This document shows positions 63,201 to 64,000 of a stretch of DNA of 64,000 nucleotides, one piece after another. A program made the translations under genes and the position numbers. The DNA is from Trichodelitschia bisporula (Eukaryota), in the NCBI GenBank assembly GCA_010356995.1, contig ML996693.1, forward strand, positions 1,116,001 to 1,180,000, given 5' to 3'. Below the pieces are notes generated by a model. The model had not been told where the DNA came from and ran no database searches. It saw nothing but the letters and a program-made list of their open reading frames with translations. Position 1 is the first letter of the stretch. Each line of letters begins with the position of its first letter.

Positions 63201-64000
63201 CAACCTAGTCAGAGAATATGTCGTAGAGGCATTCCTGTTGATATTGCTCGGATTCTTTCGAGGCCTGGTTCTGTCTAGCACATACGGGTACCCTCCGGAG
63301 GCGTCAGACCAATATCAAAGCCTCCATATCCGTTGTTGGGACTGGTCACAACATGTTCGTTGCCGGTTGCCAGTTCTCGGGCTGTAGTATGGTCGGTGGT
63401 TGCTGTTGCTGCGCAGAGTTCTCCGAGAGGTACTGTAGAAGCCATACTTCTTGCATATCATGTCAGTTCCATTCCAGCCCCTACCTTTCAAAATGCTGCT
63501 CAGCTCGTGAGCTAACAAAGGCAGCGAGAGTCCTCCGTTGATATGCCGTCGTCAGTGAATATATCAGTAAATCCCCACGCAAACATCTCGCTTTCTCGCA
63601 CGAAAGCCCTCCGCCTCAGGGAGAACATCTCCCGCCCGACCAACCAGACGGTTTTCCGGGCCTCTTGGCCAGAAAAATCTGAGAAAGCCCAATAGCAGCC
63701 CCCCTCAGCCGCGCCCCTGGGAAGCTAGGCCCACAACCCGCAGCCCGAACGCGCCCGCTAGCACCAGCGACGGCGAGCTTCCAATGATCGCCCAACCAGC
63801 CCCCTGGTACCCGGGCCCCCCACGCACGGCACGCGTGGCGCATGGTCCGTGGGCGGATGCACCCCAGAGTTTCCGCTAGGCGGGATTGTGGCGTTTGGGG
63901 CGTTGCGGCTGGGAAGGCGGGCGGGAGAGGTGGGGGAACCCCCACTGGGGGGGACGGGATTGCGGTGTTGTATGGTGGGGGATTGTGAGGGAGGGAGATG

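Noticed and set aside
59900..64000. ORFs of 100-275 aa in the terminal 4 kb
   Set aside because: There is no recognisable protein signature. It is probably the regulatory region of a gene beyond the window, though a degraded gene near 62700-63500 cannot be excluded.

Overview
This is eukaryotic DNA: a gene-dense, GC-rich segment of a filamentous ascomycete chromosome (Pezizomycotina, plausibly Dothideomycetes; taxon is inferred). It has short (about 43-100 nt) GT-AG introns with CTRAC branch sites. I reconstructed 21 protein-coding genes by hand, mostly conserved housekeeping or cell-cycle genes: cyclin B, PPN1, elongin C, PRMT5/Skb1, PRP43, a SET-domain protein, an OAR1-like SDR, UBA2, a queuosine-salvage protein, ORC6, two Zn2Cys6 factors, CK2-beta, an unknown membrane-anchored protein, RAD51, NUP120/160, KCS1, a paxillin-like 3-LIM protein, a PTS1-bearing hydrolase and an RTT107/Brc1-like BRCT protein. 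I found no tRNA, rRNA, CRISPR array or intact transposon. The signals the gene list does not explain are: (1) a ~295-bp fold-back with ~120-bp arms right after the queuosine-salvage gene; (2) a ~170-nt self-closing multi-hairpin element ending in T9 that looks like an unassigned Pol III-type RNA; (3) eight tandem PxIxIT-like (calcineurin-docking-like) motifs in the paxillin-like protein; (4) a patchy sub-kb oscillation between C/A-rich and G/T-rich blocks that overrides synonymous codon usage regardless of gene strand; (5) a degenerate ~22-bp minisatellite. All assignments come from motif recognition by eye; no searches or folding programs were run.
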